Positions 49,290 to 59,425 of a stretch of DNA of 64,000 nucleotides are shown here, piece by piece. Position 1 is the stretch's first letter. Each line of letters begins with the position of its first letter. The notes under the pieces are model-generated. The model was not told the DNA's origin. It made no database searches and worked only from the letters and a program-made list of their open reading frames with translations. Source of the DNA: Myxococcota bacterium (GTDB taxonomy: Bacteria > Myxococcota_A > UBA796 > CAJQPC01). The stretch spans positions 1 through 64,000 of the forward strand of contig DASCPX010000160.1 of the NCBI GenBank assembly GCA_036012755.1, read 5' to 3'. The translations under genes and the position numbers were made by a program.

Positions 49290-50111
49290 ATGAGTGAGCC
49301 CACGAACCTCCGCCAGCGCGTCTCCGAGTCCTACACCAAAGCCGTGAACACCCCCTCCGGTGGCTGCTGTGGCAGCAGGGAGCCCAAGGGCGCCTCAGCC
49401 CGGGTGGCCGGCTACGAGGACCTGTCCGAGCTCCCCGCCGAGGCAGTGGAGAACTCCTTCGCCTGCGGCAACCCGGTCGCCTTCGCAGAGGTCACCGAGG
49501 GGCAGATCGTGCTGGACCTGGGCTCCGGAGGCGGCCTGGACCTGCTGTTGGCGGCGGAGAAGGTGGGCCCGTCGGGCAAGGTCATCGGTGTCGACATGAC
49601 CGACGCCATGTTGAAGCTGGCAAGGGACAACATCGCCTTTGCCGGGCTCGACGCAATCGTCGAGGTCCGCAAGGGGCTCATCGAGGAGCTGCCCATCTCC
49701 GACGCCAGCGTGGACTGGGTGATCTCCAACTGCGTGATCAACCTGTCCCCGGAGAAGCACCGCGTCTTCGCCGAGATCGCCAGGGTGCTCGCCCCCGGCG
49801 GTCGCATCTCGGTCTCCGACATCGTCGTCGAGGACATGCCCGAGCACCTCCGGAACATCCCCGGTCTCCACGAGAGCTGCGTCTCCGGCGCCATCCCAGA
49901 GGCGGACTACGTCGCCGGCCTGGAAGCCGCAGGCCTGGCCGACGTGAGAGCCGAGTCCAAGCACGTCTACGACTACGACGAGCTCTACGGCATCGTGCAG
50001 TCCGACCAGGAGTCGCTGCTGGCCTGCGTGCCGCCAGAGATCGTCGAGCGCGAGCTCCGCGGGCTGGTGGGCAAGGTGCGGAGCGTGCGCTTCACGGCGA
50101 CGAAGCCGTGA
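49290..50111 (+). CDS. arsM: Arsenite S-adenosylmethionine methyltransferase
   Basis: GCCG, SFACGNP, LDLGSGGG.D, ISNCVINLSP, SCVSGA. Confidence 0.9.
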   Translation: MSEPTNLRQRVSESYTKAVNTPSGGCCGSREPKGASARVAGYEDLSELPAEAVENSFACGNPVAFAEVTEGQIVLDLGSGGGLDLLLAAEKVGPSGKVIGVDMTDAMLKLARDNIAFAGLDAIVEVRKGLIEELPISDASVDWVISNCVINLSPEKHRVFAEIARVLAPGGRISVSDIVVEDMPEHLRNIPGLHESCVSGAIPEADYVAGLEAAGLADVRAESKHVYDYDELYGIVQSDQESLLACVPPEIVERELRGLVGKVRSVRFTATKP

Positions 50112-50419
50112 AGTGCTGCGGCGTCGAGCTCGGCGAGGTGCTCTCGCCCAAGGTCTTCAAGGCCCTGGGCGATCCTCGCCGGGTCGCGATCCTCGATCAG
50201 CTTGCTCGCCAGGGTGGCGAAGCCTGCGTCAGCGATGTGGCCAGCTGCTGCGACGTCGACGTGTCGGTGGTCTCCAGACACCTCGCCACCCTGAAGGCGG
50301 CCGGCATCCTGGAGGCCCAGCGTCACGGCCGACAGATCCGCTACCGCCTGCGAGCTCGGGAGCTGGCAGCGCTGCTCAGGGAGATGGCCGACGCGCTGGA
50401 GACCTGCTGCGGGGACTGA
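50108..50419 (+). CDS. arsR: ArsR/SmtB family metalloregulator
   Basis: FKALGDPRR, VSRHLATLK.AG; CC pairs at the N-terminus, middle and C-terminus. Confidence 0.88.
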   Translation: MKCCGVELGEVLSPKVFKALGDPRRVAILDQLARQGGEACVSDVASCCDVDVSVVSRHLATLKAAGILEAQRHGRQIRYRLRARELAALLREMADALETCCGD

Positions 50420-50423
50420 GGAA

Positions 50424-51617
50424 TCAGGGGAGCTGGAAGAGCCAGACATCTCCTGAGTCGTCGGCGGCGATGCCCCCGAAGAAGCCCTCGCCCGCGACCA
50501 GCTCGGGGTAGGACAAGGCGACTCCTTCGCGCTCGAGGTCGCCGAGCCCGGCCCACTCCCCGCCGCTGCGCCAGGCGAGCCCGGACTCGTCGGTGGGCGA
50601 CGTCCAGCCCAAGAGCGCGCGGCCGTCTGGGGCGACCGCCATGTTCGGAGACGCCCTCTGACCCTCGAGCTCCGAGAGCACGGCGCTGCTCGGGCTCCAG
50701 CTCTCCCCTCCGTCCGTGCTGGTGGCCAGGAAGGTCTCGTACTCCCCCTCGACCCCGTCCGCCCAGATCATCAACAGCTCACCGCCGGGCTCCTCCGCGA
50801 GCCTGGGTCCCTGGACCGGGCAGTAGTTGATCACCGGATGCACGTCCCCCGCCGCGGTCCAGCTGTCGAAGCCGGCGTGACCAGAGGCCGCGTACATGTC
50901 GCGGATGTCGTCCTCGTTGTTCCGCCAGGCGAAGACCACGTCCGAGTTCTGGGTGAACAGCAGATCGTGGGCGCAGCACTCGCAAGGCACGCCGGGAGCG
51001 CCGGTGCTGACGGGCTCCAGCTCCCAGTCGGCGGTCTCGCGGGCGATGCCCTTCCAGCCGTTGTCCCAGCTCCCGGCCGGGAAGGCGTGGTAGGTGGCCC
51101 AGACGCTGCCGTCCGGAGCCAGGTGGGCTCGCAGGAAGATCCCCTCGAAGTGGAGGTCGCCGCGGCCCTCTCCGATCACGGCGAGCTCAGCGAAGTCCAG
51201 GGCGGTACGCGAGGAGCCGTAGACGACCTGCCGCTCGCCGGCGGACATGGACACGATCACCCTGTCGTCGTCCACGACGAGCTCCGGGTGCGAGGCCCCG
51301 TAGACAGACGCCGACCCGCTGGAGTTCACCACCACCGGCTCGCTCCAGTTCGTCCCGTCCACCGACGTGCTGACCCAGGCGTGGCCCGAGCGCACCCAGC
51401 TGGCGTAGAGCTCACCGTCGGGAGCCACCGCGAGGTCCGCCCCGGAGGCCCCGCCCTCGGCGGAGACGGCGGTCCAGCTCAGCTCCGAGGAGGGCTCGCC
51501 CGAGTCGGGGGAAGAGTCCGACGACGAGTCCCCAAGGGTCGAATCTCCGAGCTCCGAGTCTCGAGGGAGATCAGGATCAGGGGTAGCGCACGCGAGGAGG
51601 ATGACCACGGCGCTCAC
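50424..51617 (-). CDS. BNR/Asp-box (sialidase-like) beta-propeller lipoprotein
   Basis: STSVDGTNWS and STDGGESWS Asp-boxes; PCECC, WRN and CP..GP motifs. Confidence 0.75.
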   Translation of the reverse strand: MSAVVILLACATPDPDLPRDSELGDSTLGDSSSDSSPDSGEPSSELSWTAVSAEGGASGADLAVAPDGELYASWVRSGHAWVSTSVDGTNWSEPVVVNSSGSASVYGASHPELVVDDDRVIVSMSAGERQVVYGSSRTALDFAELAVIGEGRGDLHFEGIFLRAHLAPDGSVWATYHAFPAGSWDNGWKGIARETADWELEPVSTGAPGVPCECCAHDLLFTQNSDVVFAWRNNEDDIRDMYAASGHAGFDSWTAAGDVHPVINYCPVQGPRLAEEPGGELLMIWADGVEGEYETFLATSTDGGESWSPSSAVLSELEGQRASPNMAVAPDGRALLGWTSPTDESGLAWRSGGEWAGLGDLEREGVALSYPELVAGEGFFGGIAADDSGDVWLFQLP

Positions 51618-53455
51618 TGGGGATCACAAGGTCCGTCGCAGGGATGAACGAGCTCGCCCGTGGTGAAGAGGTGGCGGATCTGGTCGAAGGTCGCCTCCTG
51701 GAGCACCGCCGAGTTGTGGACGTTGTTGTCGGTCTCGGGGATGGTGTTCTCGTCAGGGGGGAAGTACTCGGCGAGGTCCTCTGGCACACGGATCTGGGTG
51801 AGCGCAGGCACGGTCACCGGGCCCTCGACCTCCTCGAGCCCGTAGACAGGGTCTGTAGCGGGTCCGAGCTGCACGGCGCCAATGCTGCGAACAAGCAGAT
51901 CTGTTGCGATATTGGGCACCTGGCAGTCCCCGATGGCCTCCTGCACGACCACGACCTTGTCCTGATCACGAAGCAAGGTGGCGATGCCAGCCGGGTCGCT
52001 GCGGTCGAAGTGCGACTGGACCAGGCCGAGGAACACGTTCTGGCCGAGCGGGTCAGCGTAGAGCAGGTCGATGAGCTGGTCGAGCTCCTCGAAGTGGACC
52101 GAGCGCTGGATCATGTTCGTCCAGCCCGCGCCGGGAACCGCGAGCACAGCGAGGCTGATCCGGTCGCTCAGGGCCACCTGTGAGGCCCCCTGGATTCCAC
52201 CCAGACTGATGCCGTAGTACCAGACCTGCTCAGGGTCCACCTCGACGCCCTCGATGCCCTCGATGACCGCCTCGACCAGCGTGAGGTTGTTCACATGGGA
52301 CTGTACGAGGCGATCGGTGACCAGGCTCACCCGAGACAGATCGGTGAGGACCTCGCTGATGATCAGGTCCCGGTCCCCGCTGCTCAGGCCGATCCAGTCC
52401 GTGGCGACGAGCACGGCGTCCAGCTCGGTGGACAGGGCCTGCACGTCGCTGTTCTCCAACATCCAGCGACCGTTGCCGAAGAGCCCGTGCCCGATGAGCA
52501 CCAGCGGCCTGGGACCGGTGGCCTCGGCGGCGGGGTAGACCATCGTGAAGTCATAGGGCCGGGGGTCGTCGATGCGCGCCACCTCCTCGCCGTCCCACTC
52601 GATCTCATTGAGATCGTTCAAGAAGTTAGGCGGGATGAAGGTCCCCTCGAGGATGGTGACGTCCTCGCCGTCGAGGACGGTGTCGATCTCGTAGGTGGGC
52701 ACGTCCTCTGCCAGCGCCTGCTCCTTCATCGAGGTGATGGGGCCAAGGACCTCGTGCTCGCTCGCGACCTGGAACTCCCAGGTCAACAGCAGCTCGTCCC
52801 GCTCCCAACCAGCGTCCGCGAGCACATCGAAGAGCGCTTCGTAGTCGGGACGGAGGGCCTCTATGACGTCCGAGTCTGTAGCGAGACCGTCGCGGAGGGC
52901 CTCGAAGGCGGCGGGCGAGGCGAAGGGCTCGCCGTCGATGTTCCGCAGGTCGGTGGTCAGCACGACGGCGTAGCGGTGCCCGAAGGCCATCGGCGTCATC
53001 GGGCGCACGATGAGCGGATGCCGGTCGCTGTAGCCTTCTCCGCGGTTGTTCTGGTCCATCTCGGCCAGCGCCGGGATGGCCTCTCCGGTGTCGGTGTCTA
53101 CCAGGGCGATGGCCGCCCCGGGTTGGACAGAGCCCTCCTGTGCACCCCACCCGTAGAGGAAGCTCGGGTCGACGTCAGAGCCAAGGGCGACCAGCGCCGG
53201 GCTGGCGGGCGAGACACCGTCGAAGCCGCTGTAGAGATCGATGTCGAGGGGGAGCTCGCCGTCGGGACCGTCCCAGTGCTCGTTGCCGTAGAGCGTGCGG
53301 ACGCCCGTCGGAGAGTCCGGATCGGGCTCCGTCCAGTACAGGCTGGGGAACGGCGTGAGGCAGTCGTCGCCCGTGGCCATCGGGTTGCAGTCCGGATCCG
53401 GATCCAGGTGAATCGGCTCATCTTTGGCACAGGCCAGGGTCAACAGCAGGGACAT
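51614..53455 (-). CDS. Lipoprotein with lipase-N-terminal-like and alpha/beta-hydrolase domains
   Basis: CLTPFPS, DGVSP, GHGLFG, YGISLGG, GDCQVPN, terminal His. Confidence 0.75.
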   Translation of the reverse strand: MSLLLTLACAKDEPIHLDPDPDCNPMATGDDCLTPFPSLYWTEPDPDSPTGVRTLYGNEHWDGPDGELPLDIDLYSGFDGVSPASPALVALGSDVDPSFLYGWGAQEGSVQPGAAIALVDTDTGEAIPALAEMDQNNRGEGYSDRHPLIVRPMTPMAFGHRYAVVLTTDLRNIDGEPFASPAAFEALRDGLATDSDVIEALRPDYEALFDVLADAGWERDELLLTWEFQVASEHEVLGPITSMKEQALAEDVPTYEIDTVLDGEDVTILEGTFIPPNFLNDLNEIEWDGEEVARIDDPRPYDFTMVYPAAEATGPRPLVLIGHGLFGNGRWMLENSDVQALSTELDAVLVATDWIGLSSGDRDLIISEVLTDLSRVSLVTDRLVQSHVNNLTLVEAVIEGIEGVEVDPEQVWYYGISLGGIQGASQVALSDRISLAVLAVPGAGWTNMIQRSVHFEELDQLIDLLYADPLGQNVFLGLVQSHFDRSDPAGIATLLRDQDKVVVVQEAIGDCQVPNIATDLLVRSIGAVQLGPATDPVYGLEEVEGPVTVPALTQIRVPEDLAEYFPPDENTIPETDNNVHNSAVLQEATFDQIRHLFTTGELVHPCDGPCDPQ

Positions 53456-53530
53456 GGGGTGCCATCGTAGTCAGCGCTTGTAAGAACTGCTCGTGCAACC
53501 CGTTGTCCGGTCCACCCCGGAGGCCGTCCG

Positions 53531-54453
53531 ATGATCTTCTGCTCGCCTGTGTCCAGAAGACACCCCCTACCCGGCCGGTCGTACAGCCCCTCGGACCGGT
53601 GACGGAGTACCCCGTCGCCTGGGGCGACAGCCTGTGGGAGATCGCCTGGCGCTACGGCGTCCCTGGCGGCTACGAGGCCATCGCCGAGGCCAACGACATC
53701 GCCAACCCTCACTGGATCCTCGCCGGGGATCGCCTGCGGATTCCCGGGCTGGTGCCGGGCACCCTGTCGGCCTGGCCTGTCGAGCAGCCAGTTCCCACCT
53801 CGCTGAAGTCCTGCGACGTCGACGTCACAGAGGCCCTCCACCTCACCTCGAGCCTGCCCCCGACCTGCGAGCTCCGCGTCGTCGAGGCCCAGCTGGACCA
53901 GGACCGCGATCTCGAGCGCCTGATCGGCTGCAAGGTCGACGACAACGACTACGAGATGTCCACCTGGCAGGTCGTGCTGGTCGATGGCCCCCGGGAGACC
54001 GAGCCCTTCGAGCTCGCCGTCTTCGGCGAGGGCAGCGTCGTGGAGGGGCCGATGGGCTGCGAGCTGCTCGCGACCCGCTGGGTGGAGGCGCCGCTCGGAA
54101 TGTCGACCAGCTGGCACCTGACCGGGCGACGCATGCGGCTGGTGGACGGGCAGCTGTCCTTCTCCTCCGACGAGCTGCGCAGCCGGCGGCTGCTCTTGTC
54201 CTTCGACGTCTCGACCCCGGAGCAGGACCTCTCGGACCGAGACGCCCGGGTACGGAGCATCGAGCCGATGCTCCAGGGTGTGCACATGCCGCCCTACCAG
54301 GCGCCCTGGGGCGCGAGGTACGACGAGCTCGGCGATTCTAGAACCGGCCTGCTCTACCCCAAGAGCTACCTGCCTCCGAACCCACCGGCGACCGTCGACA
54401 TCCAGGCGATCCGGGTGGGCGCGTGGGAGCAGATCACGGTCGCCTGGATCTGA
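53531..54453 (+). CDS. LysM-domain lipoprotein; apparent 1-nt deletion just after the ATG
   Basis: YPVAWGDSLWEIAWRYG...IAEANDIANPHWILAGDRLRIP; GGAGG+ATG at 53531 is one base out of frame with LLAC. Confidence 0.75.
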
Positions 54454-56001
54454 TCACTCCGGCTGGATCTCCGCCCGGAGATCCTCGAGCGCCGTGATGT
54501 AGCGGGGGGTCCGTACGTCGAGATCCACGGGGCGCTCGGCCTCCGACAGCGCTCGATCGATCACCGCCAGCGCCTTGTCCCCTTCGCCGAGGGCGACGAG
54601 GATGTCCGCCTCGCGCTTGGCCGCCCGCAGGGCCTGGTCTCCGTAGGCCAGCGCTCGCGCCGCAGAGGACCAGGCGAGGGCCTCGTCGTAGCGCTCCTCC
54701 TTCAGCAGGATGCCGGCTCCGGCGTAGAAGAAGGTGAACTCGTGGGGGTATGCGCTGGCGGCGTCGCTCAACAGGTCCATGGCCCGGTCCCCCTCGCCGG
54801 CCGCCTGGTAGAGCGACGCGAGGTAGGTGTAGTAGGGCCGGTCCAGGGCCGGGTCGCCGCTGAGCGCGCCCGCCAGCGCCGAGGCCGCGGCTGCGTAGAG
54901 GGCCGGCTGAGCAGCCTCGGGGACGTAGTCGGCGAGCACGTCGATCAGCTCGGCGGCGAGGACCCCTTCGGCGTCGACGAGAGCTCGGCGAATGGTCGCG
55001 GTGAAGGCGGCTGCCGCCTCCTCCGAGAGCTCTACATCGGCCCACCACACCCACTCGTAGAGTCGGTCCCGGCCGTGCTCGGAGAGCCAGAGCACGTCCT
55101 CCTCGGCGGGGTCGACCCTGAGCCGGGCGATGCGGAGATCGACGCTGTCCTCTGAGGCGCTCTCGATGACCGCGCGGGCCTCCTCCTCGCGGCCGTCACG
55201 GATCAGGCGCAGGGCCACCTCGGACCTCTCCGCAAGGGACAGCTCGGCGTCCTGTAGGAGCTCGTCGACGGGGACCAGATCGCGCCCGGTGGAGCGCAGC
55301 CAGGCCAGGAACTCGGCCTCGCTCAGGTAGCCGACGTGGCGGTCGATCTCGGTGCCATCAGGCCGGGCGACGACCACGGTCGGGTAGCCGCCGACCCCAT
55401 AGCGATCCTTCCATGTCCAGCTGGAGGCGAGGTCGACGTCGATCTCGGTGAGCGCGAAGCCGTCGAGATCAGCCGCGTTGGCCGGATCGTGCAGGACCTC
55501 GGCGGAGAGCTGGTTGCAGGGCGGGCACCACACGGCTCCGAAGTCGATCAGGACGAGCTCGCTCTCGACGCGGGCCTGCTCGAAGGCCTCCTCGGGGCCG
55601 AGGCCGGCAGACTCGATGTGGACCTCGACGGGGGGCGTGGGGGCGTAAACGCCCAGGTATTCGCTGCCTCTGCACCCATCGACGGTGCCCAGGAAGGCGA
55701 GCTCCACCGGGCGACAGGCAGTGCCCCCGTCCTCGCAGAGGCTGAGCGCCAGCTGGCCTTGGACGACCCTGGGCTCCTTGCCCGGCAGCGCCAGGGCCAG
55801 CCCGGGCTCCAGCGCGTCACCAAGGGTGGAGACCCCGATCCGCCGGGAGTCGACCTCCACCCATCCGCTGGCGGGGGCGTCGGGGGCGATGTGCTCGCCT
55901 GGGGGCGGGTCGACGACCAGGAGCCCGAGCTCCTTCTTCCAGGACAGCTCGACAGAGGGCAGCCCTTCAGCGAGTGCGAGCGTGGACAGGGCGAGGATCA
56001 C
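54454..56001 (-). CDS. Exported thioredoxin-domain protein with DsbD-N-like N-terminal domain and C-terminal TPRs
   Basis: IDFGAVWCPPC, YGVGGYPT, LCEDGGTAC. Confidence 0.85.
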   Translation of the reverse strand: MILALSTLALAEGLPSVELSWKKELGLLVVDPPPGEHIAPDAPASGWVEVDSRRIGVSTLGDALEPGLALALPGKEPRVVQGQLALSLCEDGGTACRPVELAFLGTVDGCRGSEYLGVYAPTPPVEVHIESAGLGPEEAFEQARVESELVLIDFGAVWCPPCNQLSAEVLHDPANAADLDGFALTEIDVDLASSWTWKDRYGVGGYPTVVVARPDGTEIDRHVGYLSEAEFLAWLRSTGRDLVPVDELLQDAELSLAERSEVALRLIRDGREEEARAVIESASEDSVDLRIARLRVDPAEEDVLWLSEHGRDRLYEWVWWADVELSEEAAAAFTATIRRALVDAEGVLAAELIDVLADYVPEAAQPALYAAAASALAGALSGDPALDRPYYTYLASLYQAAGEGDRAMDLLSDAASAYPHEFTFFYAGAGILLKEERYDEALAWSSAARALAYGDQALRAAKREADILVALGEGDKALAVIDRALSEAERPVDLDVRTPRYITALEDLRAEIQPE

Positions 56002-56882
56002 GGTTTCTCCAGGGCGATCTCGAGGATCTTGTGTTCACAGGCAGGCGGCAGCGCGAGGTTGGCGAGACCCGCCGCGACCGTCTCCCCCGCCGCGAACACG
56101 GCTGCAAGGGGAATCATGCCGACGAGCTCCGCGCCGAGCACCTCGACCCCCCGCGCGGCGGCCTCGTCCCGAACCGCGGCGAGCAGGGCATGGGGAGGCG
56201 TAGTGGGCCAGTCGACCAGGTTCGTGGTCACCTGCGTGCCGCTGCGAGAGGGGCTCTTCCAGCCGAGGGCGCGAACCCCGGGCAGGCCGGGTGGATCTCC
56301 GAACTCTCGAAGGCGCCGGGCGATCCCGCGGGCGATGCGGACGTCCGCGCTGTCGAGGTCGACGTTGTAGGCGATGAGCACACCCCGAGCGCCGATGGCG
56401 ACGGCGCCGGCCGAGGGGTGCTTGCGACGGGGACCGAAGTCCGGCGCCGTGCTGCGGAGCTTGTCGTCGAGCCCCTCGAACTGTCCACGGCGCACATCGG
56501 CCAGGAGCACGTCCCCGCCGTAGAACCAGCCGGGGAGATCGGCGGGCAGCGCTGTGGCGAGCCGTCGTGCGAGTTGGCTGCAGAGCTCCAGGTCCCCGTC
56601 GGGGAAAGGCGAAAAGGGCACGACATCCGCTGCCCCCATGCGGGGATGGGTGCCCTCGTGCCTCCTCATGTCGATGTGGGCCACGGCGGCCTCGACGCAG
56701 CGGCGAGCTCCTTGCAGCACCGCATCCGGCTCGCCGACGAAGGTCAGCACCGTGCGGTTGGTGTCCCAGTCCGGGTCGACCTCCAACAAGCGCACCCCGG
56801 GCGTGTCGTCGACGGCCCGGGCGACCGCGTCGATCGTCTCGGGGTCGCGACCCTCGGAGATGTTGGGGACACACTCGATCAC
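55998..56882 (-). CDS. ftcd: Glutamate formimidoyltransferase
   Basis: IECVPNISEGR, NRTVLT, HPRMGAADVVPF, GAR..LIAYNV, ELVGMIP. Confidence 0.92.
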   Translation of the reverse strand: MIECVPNISEGRDPETIDAVARAVDDTPGVRLLEVDPDWDTNRTVLTFVGEPDAVLQGARRCVEAAVAHIDMRRHEGTHPRMGAADVVPFSPFPDGDLELCSQLARRLATALPADLPGWFYGGDVLLADVRRGQFEGLDDKLRSTAPDFGPRRKHPSAGAVAIGARGVLIAYNVDLDSADVRIARGIARRLREFGDPPGLPGVRALGWKSPSRSGTQVTTNLVDWPTTPPHALLAAVRDEAAARGVEVLGAELVGMIPLAAVFAAGETVAAGLANLALPPACEHKILEIALEKP

Positions 56883-57754
56883 GACGACTCCTTCGTCGCG
56901 CGGCCCTCGAAGACCTCGACGCAGAGCCCGATCGCGGAGACCCTGGCGGCGATGTCGTCGAGCTCCGGCCGAGGCAGGCAGGTGAACCCGTGCCGCGCGG
57001 GGGGGCGGGCGATGCTGTAGACCTGCACCAGCTCGATGACGCCCCGATCCGCGATCCGCGCGAGGTTGTCCGACCAGGCGTCGAGCTCGGCGCTGGAGGG
57101 CCCGGTGCCCAGGAAGCGGAGGAACATCGACTGGATGACCAGCGGGCGCTCTTCGGCACAGGACTCCAGGTTTCGCAGGATCCGCGACAGCGGCGTCGTC
57201 GTGCCGGCGACGAACTGGAACCAGGCCTCTGTGCCGGCATCGAGCTTCGCCCAGACCCTGCCGCCGAGGTCATCGAGGGTGCGCAGCGCCTCGGCGACGG
57301 CGGGCCGATGCAAGAGCGTGGCGTTGGTGAGCACGACGGGTGTGACCTCGTCGAGTCCGTGGCGCTGTAGCAGCCGGCCCGCGATGCGCAGGGCCTCGTG
57401 GAAGCCGCCGAAGGCCGTGGGCTCCCCATCCCCGGCGAAGGCCACGTCGTTGACGCGCCGGAGCTGCTGGGCGGTGGTGTCGAAGGGCGGGGTGACCCAC
57501 AAGCGGCCGCTAGCCGCCAGGCCGAGCAGCGAATCGAGCTCGCGTTCGAGCAGGCCGAGATCGACGTCCACGACCAGCGGCGCCTGGCGTCTATCGACCT
57601 GGCAGTAGGGACAGTCGAAGTTGCAGACCCCGTCGGGGTTGAGGTTCACCCCGACGGACAGGCCCTTGGAGCGCCTCGAGACCACCGGGTAGACGTAGGC
57701 GTTGTCGCCCAGGGCTCGCCGGTGGTCGCTGAAGTCGAGGGTCCGCTGTCTCAC
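56879..57754 (-). CDS. Radical SAM protein of unknown function (TYW1-like bacterial group)
   Basis: YPVVSRRS.GLSVGVNLNP, CNFDCPYC, FAGDGEPT, WAKLDAG. Confidence 0.88.
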   Translation of the reverse strand: MRQRTLDFSDHRRALGDNAYVYPVVSRRSKGLSVGVNLNPDGVCNFDCPYCQVDRRQAPLVVDVDLGLLERELDSLLGLAASGRLWVTPPFDTTAQQLRRVNDVAFAGDGEPTAFGGFHEALRIAGRLLQRHGLDEVTPVVLTNATLLHRPAVAEALRTLDDLGGRVWAKLDAGTEAWFQFVAGTTTPLSRILRNLESCAEERPLVIQSMFLRFLGTGPSSAELDAWSDNLARIADRGVIELVQVYSIARPPARHGFTCLPRPELDDIAARVSAIGLCVEVFEGRATKESS

Positions 57755-58203
57755 TGGTGAGGGATATCCGGCTGGCGAGCAGGCCAGCCGGCCTCGACGA
57801 GGGCCACGGCGAGCGCCTCTGCATAGGCCTCATTCGTCACGGCGGTCGGGTGGAGCTCGTCCAGGAAGGCCTCGTCCTCGGAGAGACCCTGCTCGCGGAG
57901 CACCGAGCAGGCGTCGACGTGGGCGAGCGCGCCGGCTGCCTCCATGGCTTCGAACCAGGGATCCCAGGGGTGCTCGCCGCCGGCCAGGCGCAGGCGGCTG
58001 CAGGGAGCCAGCGTGACGAGGTCGGCGTCGTGAGCGACAGCCCAGTCCGACAAGCGCTGCTGGTTCTCCGCGTACTCCACGACCGGCACACGCGCGGCAG
58101 CCTCTGCGTGGGGGCTCCTCACCCATCCCACGGGCAGGCGAGTCGTCCCCGCGCGCTGGCTCTCGATGCGGCCGGCAAGTGCGCTGTGGCCGGTCAGCCA
58201 GCG
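57751..58203 (-). pseudogene. C-terminal fragment of an SGNH/GDSL hydrolase
   Basis: RVPVVEYAEN and FLDELHPT (DxxH); the GDS-containing N-terminus is absent. Confidence 0.65.
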
Positions 58204-58531
58204 CCACGACGTCCCGACAGGTGGCGTTGTCGAGGGGCTTGGCGAGGTAGTCGAAGGCCCCCTCCTTCATCGCCTCGACCGCGCTGTCCACGGAGCCGTG
58301 AGCCGTGATCAGCACGACGGGGACGCCACGCCCCCGCATGCGGCGCAAGAGCTCCATGCCGTCCATGCCCGGCATCCGCAGGTCCGTGAGCAGCACGTCG
58401 ACCTCGGACTGTGCGGAGAGGAAGTCGACCGCGCTCTCGTAGGTCGAGACCTCGTGACCGGCCCGCCGCAGGACCATGCCCAGGATGTGGCCCATCCGGG
58501 GTTCGTCGTCGACGATCGCGATGCGACTCAT
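58204..58531 (-). pseudogene. NtrC-type receiver domain; output (AAA+/HTH) part missing
   Basis: IVDDE, LTDLRMPGMDG, LITAHGSVDSAVEAMKEGAFDYLAKP, then abrupt loss of coding character. Confidence 0.8.
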
Positions 58532-59346
58532 TCGAGCTGGATCCGGAAGCCGCCAGAGGACTGGAGCGACAGGGTACCGCCGTCGGCCTCGACCAGCCTT
58601 CGCGCCATCGCCAGGCCAAGCCCCGTGCCCCAGGCCTTGGTGGTGAAGAAGGGCTCGAAGATCTGCTCTCGCAGCTCCTCCGGAACGCCGGGTCCGTCGT
58701 CCTCGACGACCAGGGTGCCGGCCTCGGCTCGTACGGCCACGGAGCGGGCTCCCGCCTGGGCGGCGTTGAGCAACAGCCCCAGGACCACGCGATCGAAGAG
58801 GGTGGGGAGCTCCATCGGAGCCGAGATGGAGACCTCGACCCCATCGAGCTGCCCGCCGGCCAGGGCGACAGCGCGACGGATGACCTCCTCGCCGGAGGCC
58901 GAACCCCCGATCCGACGGACAGGGCGCGAGAAGTCGAGGATGTCCCCGACGAAGGCATCGAGCCGGTCGACCTAGTCGACGATGAACTGGCATGCCTCTT
59001 CGGCGTCGGGACCGGAGACCTCTTCTGCGAGGACCTCGGCCGAGCTGCGGATCACACCCAGTGGATTGCGCACCTCGTGGGCGACTCCCGCCGCCATGCG
59101 CCCGAGCGAAGCCAGCTTCTCGCTCTCGACGAGCTGGCCCTGCTGGTCCTGGAGCTCCGCCCGCAGCTCGAACTGGCGCCCGATCATCCACCCGAGCGCG
59201 GCGAAGGTGAGCGCGTAGACGCCCATGACCGGCCAGGTGACGACGTACTCGCCCGCCATCATCTCGATACCGAGGAGCTCCATCCCCAGCGCATCCACCA
59301 GGCCCAGGCCACACCCGAGCGCTGCGCCGATCCAAGGCTTCCTCAC
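58528..59346 (-). pseudogene. Sensor histidine kinase with an in-frame TAG at 58972-58974
   Basis: Two TM helices, AHEVRNPL H-box, FIVD*VDRLDAFVGDILDFSRP, then N/G1/F/G2 boxes in the same frame. Confidence 0.85.
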
Positions 59347-59425
59347 ACCCTTGCCCTAACAGGCTGGCCTCGCCTCCTCGCGCCTCGCTGACAGGGACTG
59401 TGGACGAGACCAGCCATGAGCTGTT

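Noticed and set aside
58972..58974. Pyrrolysine or reassigned amber codon
   Set aside because: Position corresponds to a usual Glu (GAG to TAG); TAG is a normal stop in many genes here
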